A stretch of 64,000 bases of DNA from Aquirufa sp. GTDB lineage: Bacteria > Bacteroidota > Bacteroidia > Cytophagales > Spirosomataceae. Both the position numbers and the translations under genes were made by a program. The stretch lies in contig JBILCC010000001.1 in assembly GCA_044353355.1 (NCBI GenBank), forward strand, positions 10,031-74,030. Reading direction: 5' to 3'. The stretch's first letter is position 1, and every line of letters starts with the position of its first letter. This document shows positions 59,565 to 64,000 of the stretch, piece after piece. The notes below the pieces were generated by a model. The model searched no databases. It saw only the letters and a program-made list of their open reading frames with translations, and had not been told where the DNA came from.

Positions 59565-59713
59565 TTAGTGGAAAATTCTATTGACTAAGTTTTTTGATTA
59601 ATAATAATAAATTCATTAAAAACTTTTAAATTTGGAGGATTGTGTGACTTGAGAATGATGAAGACAATTTTTTTACATTATTTTCGTTCACCTAATTACT
59701 ATAATAATCGAAT

Positions 59714-60844
59714 ATGAATTTTCGAATTTTTGAGATTAAGTTTTTATCGGTAATTCTTTTGTTAGCTGTTCTTTTTACAATGCCTAGTTGTTCTAAGAAA
59801 GCACCTAGCAATGGTAAATCACTTTCAAGTGAGAAAGGTAAAGAGAAAAAAGGCCCTTTAGGCGGTTTATTCGGCTTTCTGTCAAAAAAAGGGCCTAAGG
59901 ATGACCCAGGTTTAATGTCTGGTGAGATTGTCGCTACAACAAGAAAGGGCTGGAGTCAGCCCACTCCATTTGGTATGGTTTTGGTACCTGGAGGAAGTTT
60001 TATCATGGGTCAAGCAGATGAAGATGTCACGTCATCTGTCGCTAATTTTAACCGTAGGGTTACAGTAGTGCCCTTTTTTATGGATGATACCGAAATTACA
60101 AATAACGAATACCGTCAATTTACCAATTCACTTTTAAGAGATTCTGTTTCTGTCTTAGGAGAGGAGCGTATCATGTCAGATTACTATCCAGATACGACGG
60201 TTTGGAAAAAAGATTTCTCTTATCATAACGGAGACCCTTTAACAGAAAATTATTTTGCTAGTCCAGCCTTTGATATGTATCCAGTTGTGGGTGTAAGCTG
60301 GAAGGCTGCGAAGTATTTTGCGCTTTGGCGTACAAAAATATTAAATGATTATCGTTCTAAAGAAGGTAAATACGCGATGCCTTCCATTCAATTACCCACT
60401 GAATCGGAATGGGAGTGGGCTGCAAAGGGAGGAAAGGCTGCTGCTAAATATCCTTGGGGTAATCCCTATTTAACGAATTCTAAAGGGTGTTTATTAGCTA
60501 ATTTTAAGCCTAGACGTGGTAATTTTGATGCAGATGGCTATGCCTATACTGCACCAGCTAATGCGTACACGCCTAATGATTACGGCTTATATAATATGGC
60601 AGGTAACGTCGCTGAGTGGGTGCAAGATTCATATTCTGAAAATTCAACGGTACTAAACTGGGATTCTAATCCTGTTAATTTAGATCCTAAAGAGCCTCGT
60701 AAAGTAGTTAAAGGTGGATCTTGGAAGGATTTTGCTTATTATTTAGAGACAGGTTCTCGCGTTCATGAAATAGAAAGTCAAAAAAGATCATATATAGGTT
60801 TCCGTTGCTCTATGAGGTATTTAGGGAAGGCGCCTAACAAATAA
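59714..60844 (+). CDS. gldK: Gliding/T9SS lipoprotein GldK (PorK)
   Basis: Lipobox; FGE-sulfatase fold motifs GSFIMG, ETEI-like DTEITN, YPDTTVW, YPVVGVSW, LYNMAGNVAEW; upstream of gldLM. Confidence 0.92.
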   Translation: MNFRIFEIKFLSVILLLAVLFTMPSCSKKAPSNGKSLSSEKGKEKKGPLGGLFGFLSKKGPKDDPGLMSGEIVATTRKGWSQPTPFGMVLVPGGSFIMGQADEDVTSSVANFNRRVTVVPFFMDDTEITNNEYRQFTNSLLRDSVSVLGEERIMSDYYPDTTVWKKDFSYHNGDPLTENYFASPAFDMYPVVGVSWKAAKYFALWRTKILNDYRSKEGKYAMPSIQLPTESEWEWAAKGGKAAAKYPWGNPYLTNSKGCLLANFKPRRGNFDADGYAYTAPANAYTPNDYGLYNMAGNVAEWVQDSYSENSTVLNWDSNPVNLDPKEPRKVVKGGSWKDFAYYLETGSRVHEIESQKRSYIGFRCSMRYLGKAPNK

Positions 60845-60870
60845 TTGAAAAGAAAAAATAATTAATTAAC

Positions 60871-61608
60871 ATGGAAAAATCGATTAATGTTATTGCCAGT
60901 TTTGGTGCAGCTATTGTAATTGTAGGTGCCTTATTTAAGATCTTACACTGGTCTGGTGCGAATGAGATGCTCATGGTGGGAATGTTTACCGAAGCAGCTA
61001 TCTTTATTCTATTTGGAGTTCTTTATTTGAAGTCTAAAGAGGAAAAACATTACGATTGGGAAAAGGTTTATCCTGAATTAGCAGGAGGTGAGGCTCGTCC
61101 TGCTGCTGCTCGTCATACAGGTGATGTTCCAGGTTTGGATTCAGAGGCGGTAGCTCATCTAACTAAGAGCTTAAAGTCATTAACAGATACAGCTAATAGT
61201 TTATCTGAAATTTCGAAGGCAACGGGTGCTACCCAGGATTTTGTGAAGTCATTAAACTCTTCAGCTGAATCTTTAGGCGGATTAAACAAATCAGTTTCTG
61301 ATGCATCTCAGTCTTTATCAGCTATTACGAATTCTTCAGCAGAGGCAGCTAAGTATACACAGAATTATGCCAAGGCTGGAGCTTCTCTAGAGAAGTTGAA
61401 TTCAGTTTATGAAGCAGAAATTCAAGAGGCTAGCAAGCACATGAAGGCGATTAATGGTTTCTATAGTAATGTTAATACGAGTGTAGAACATATAGCAGCT
61501 ACTCAAAAAGATGCTGAATTATTCAAGGCCGAATTAGCGAAATTAAATGCAAATATTCAGTCTTTGAATCAGGTTTATGGTAGTATGTTAACGGCTATGA
61601 AAGGCTAA
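60871..61608 (+). CDS. gldL: Gliding/T9SS motor protein GldL
   Basis: GAAIVIVGALFKILHW.GA, TEA.IF, DWEKVYPEL, LNQVYGSMLTAM. Confidence 0.97.
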   Translation: MEKSINVIASFGAAIVIVGALFKILHWSGANEMLMVGMFTEAAIFILFGVLYLKSKEEKHYDWEKVYPELAGGEARPAAARHTGDVPGLDSEAVAHLTKSLKSLTDTANSLSEISKATGATQDFVKSLNSSAESLGGLNKSVSDASQSLSAITNSSAEAAKYTQNYAKAGASLEKLNSVYEAEIQEASKHMKAINGFYSNVNTSVEHIAATQKDAELFKAELAKLNANIQSLNQVYGSMLTAMKG

Positions 61609-61610
61609 TT

Positions 61611-63200
61611 ATGGCAAGTTTAAAAGAAACCCCCCGGCAGAAGATGATCGGGATGATGTATTTAGTGTTAACCGCCTTGCTAGCATTGCAGGTGAGTGAT
61701 GCTTTATTGCAAAAATTTGCCCTGTTGAATAGCAGTTTGGAGATGGCAAATCAATCATCCTTGAATAAGAGTAAAGGCATGGTGCAAGGAATTGAGGAGA
61801 GAATTAAGGATCTACCCAATCCAGCAGCTTATGCAGATGTGTTGAAAAAAGCGAACGAAGTTAGAAAAACAACGGACGTTTTAGTGGGGCACATTGAAAA
61901 TTTGAAAGGAAAGGTATTAGAATCAGCTGGTGGTATTGATCCAGAAACAGGTAATATCAAAAATCCGAAGGAAGAGGAAAAGATTTATGAAATAATGGTT
62001 GGTGGCACCAAACAAGGTGAAGCATATAAGCTAATGCCTATGTTTGATAAGTTCATTAAAGAATTATTAGCCGTAGCTGATCCAGGTACAAAGTTTCCTC
62101 CTTTAGCTTTAGCCGCGAAAGATGATCCAAGTGTGAGTAAGGATGCCAATCAGGCGAATAAAGATTTTGCTGAGTTAAATTTTGAGCATACGCCTGTCGC
62201 GGCGGCTTTAGCCACGTTAAGTCAAAAGCAGTCGGAAATTCGCAGGTATGAAAGCGAGGTTTTGAATCAATTAGCAGCTAAAGTTGGGGCTAAAGAGATT
62301 AAGTTTGACAAAGTTTTTGCTCAAGTATCAGCGAATGCAAATACAGTGGTAGCTGGTATGGAATACCAAGCTGAAGTATTTATAGCAGCTACATCTAGTG
62401 GGTTTACTCCTCGTATGAGTTACAATGGTGCTTCTATTCAGGTTGTTGATGGTCGTGGTCAAATTAAATTCAAAACTTCAGGTGGAGGATACGATGCGAA
62501 TGGGTTAGCTAAAAAGACCTATACGGCTTCTGTTTCTTACATGAGTCCTGCGGGTCCTAAGACAGAAACAATTACGAAGGAATACTTTGTTTTGAAACCT
62601 ACTTACAATATTGAAACGGGTACTTTGCCAGCCTTATATTTAGGATGTGCTAATCGTTTAAGTGTTGCTAGTGCAGGTTTAGGAGCACTTTGGAATCCTA
62701 CCTTTACGGCTGATGGCGGTGAAGCAATCGCAGGATCTAATAAAGGTAAGGTTACAGTAGTACCGTCTTCGGCTACAGTAACTCTCAACGTAAATAACGG
62801 AGGAACGCTCCTAGGTAAGGAGACATTTCGTGTTCGTCGTGTACCAAGACCAGATGTAAAAGTATTTGGAAACGGTTCTGAATTAGACGAAAAGCGAGGA
62901 GCTAATGCAACCGGTCTACGTTCTATTGATGCTAGAGCGATTGCGGAAGAATCTTTCAAGTCAACTAATCCGGAAGATGCTAATTTTAGAGTTACGCAAC
63001 TATATGTAGCTCTAGCAAGGGGTCAAAGAAAAGTCGATGATATTACTTTGCCGGGTTCTGGCTCTATTTCTAAATTAGCTCAACAGGCACAACCAGGAGA
63101 TCGTTATTATATAGAAATTAAAGAGGTTCAAAGAAAGAACTTTAAGGGGTCTGTTGAGACTATTCCTTTCAACATGGTTAAAAATATTCCTTTAAATTAA
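61611..63200 (+). CDS. gldM: Gliding/T9SS motor protein GldM
   Basis: KETPRQKMIGMMYLVLTALLALQVS; LYLGC.N. Confidence 0.97.
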   Translation: MASLKETPRQKMIGMMYLVLTALLALQVSDALLQKFALLNSSLEMANQSSLNKSKGMVQGIEERIKDLPNPAAYADVLKKANEVRKTTDVLVGHIENLKGKVLESAGGIDPETGNIKNPKEEEKIYEIMVGGTKQGEAYKLMPMFDKFIKELLAVADPGTKFPPLALAAKDDPSVSKDANQANKDFAELNFEHTPVAAALATLSQKQSEIRRYESEVLNQLAAKVGAKEIKFDKVFAQVSANANTVVAGMEYQAEVFIAATSSGFTPRMSYNGASIQVVDGRGQIKFKTSGGGYDANGLAKKTYTASVSYMSPAGPKTETITKEYFVLKPTYNIETGTLPALYLGCANRLSVASAGLGALWNPTFTADGGEAIAGSNKGKVTVVPSSATVTLNVNNGGTLLGKETFRVRRVPRPDVKVFGNGSELDEKRGANATGLRSIDARAIAEESFKSTNPEDANFRVTQLYVALARGQRKVDDITLPGSGSISKLAQQAQPGDRYYIEIKEVQRKNFKGSVETIPFNMVKNIPLN

Positions 63201-63204
63201 TCGA

Positions 63205-64000
63205 ATGAAGATGAATTGGGTGAATAAACTTTTCTTGTGTGTGTTAATGGCTGCTAATTTAACCGTTTTTGGTCAAGAGAAGCCTTCTAATGCTAATTCT
63301 GCTCACCCTATCGAGGAGCAAGACATTCATTATCGTTTACGTTTATGGAGAAGGATGGATTTAAATGAGAAAGTCAATAAACCATTTTTTTCTATTAATC
63401 ACCAGATATCTAAATTTTTAGTTGATTGGGTACGTGCAGGAATTTTAACTCCCTACAAGAGTGATTCATTAAATGTTAAATTAACGTTAGAGCAATTTAA
63501 CGAAAATTTAAAGTTAGAGGAGTCGTTAGGAGGAGGAGGACTTTCTGAAGCGGAAAGATCAGCAGGTTTTGGAGATGAAAATGCAGCTACACCTGCAGCT
63601 AATTCAGCTGCACCAGCCGGCGGAGCTGATGATGGATGGGGCTCTGCAGCACCAGCTAAAAAGGAAGATGCGGCTGCGCCAGCGACTGATGCTTTTGCTG
63701 AAAAGCCTGTATCTGCGCAAGCGGAGTATTATTTTGCAAAAGATTTATCTATTATTGAAATTAGAGAAGATGCGATAATTGATCGTTTGAGATCTCGCCT
63801 TTATTTTGATATTCAATCTATTTCTTTAATTATTCCTGCCTCTAAAACGATTGCTGGTTTTGATAAGCCTATAGCAAGTTTTAAGTACAAGGATTTATAT
63901 GATTTATTTAAAAATAATCCGGATTGTATTTGGTACAATGCACAGAATGATCTTCAGCACAAAAACATGGCTTATGCTTTTGATTTGCGATTATTTAGTG
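63205..64000 (+). CDS. gldN: Gliding/T9SS protein GldN, partial (runs off the window; absent from the ORF track)
   Basis: ATG 63205: MKMNWVNKLF...RLWRRMDLNEKVNKPFF...IEIRED.I.DR.RSRL.FDI...WYN..N...N...AFDLRLF. Confidence 0.92.
   Translation, partial: MKMNWVNKLFLCVLMAANLTVFGQEKPSNANSAHPIEEQDIHYRLRLWRRMDLNEKVNKPFFSINHQISKFLVDWVRAGILTPYKSDSLNVKLTLEQFNENLKLEESLGGGGLSEAERSAGFGDENAATPAANSAAPAGGADDGWGSAAPAKKEDAAAPATDAFAEKPVSAQAEYYFAKDLSIIEIREDAIIDRLRSRLYFDIQSISLIIPASKTIAGFDKPIASFKYKDLYDLFKNNPDCIWYNAQNDLQHKNMAYAFDLRLFS

Noticed and set aside
1190-63778. Many short antisense or alternative-frame ORFs in the track (e.g. 5464-5760, 21456-21902, 41861-42283, 62603-62959, 63569-63778)
   Set aside because: They overlap well-supported genes and carry no motifs; they are shadow ORFs. 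63569-63778 lies out of frame inside gldN.
58572-64000. porP-gldKLMN as a novel system
   Set aside because: Canonical, well-described type IX secretion/gliding operon

Overview
Chromosomal window from a low-GC Bacteroidota bacterium. TAnnTTTG promoters, SusC/SusD pairs and a porP-gldKLMN T9SS/gliding operon support the phylum; Cytophagales, possibly a freshwater Aquirufa-like lineage, is inference only. The left ~37 kb looks accessory: two LPP20-like proteins, a frameshifted alkB, four TonB-dependent transporters (two with SusD), glmS, a GH13, an amidase, a Gfo/Idh/MocA oxidoreductase, an FG-GAP/ASPIC protein and two gene remnants. It ends at a tRNA-Arg(CCG) whose 3' end recurs in diverged form 3.3 kb away, an att-like scar with no integrase. 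The right ~27 kb is mostly core: rluA-type, anmK, lhgO, ABC exporter, ilvD-B-N-C, leuA, mscS, lptC, cytochrome c/SCO, recN, sucD, hemD, porP and gldKLMN. No CRISPR array, transposase, integrase, rRNA or defence system is visible. The least-explained signals are non-coding: dispersed intergenic elements built from 7-nt tandem repeats, some inverted, with mini-hairpins (38.1, 47.9, 49.1 and 52.7 kb), the tRNA scar, and a structured susC leader. I cannot support a clearly novel protein-coding system.
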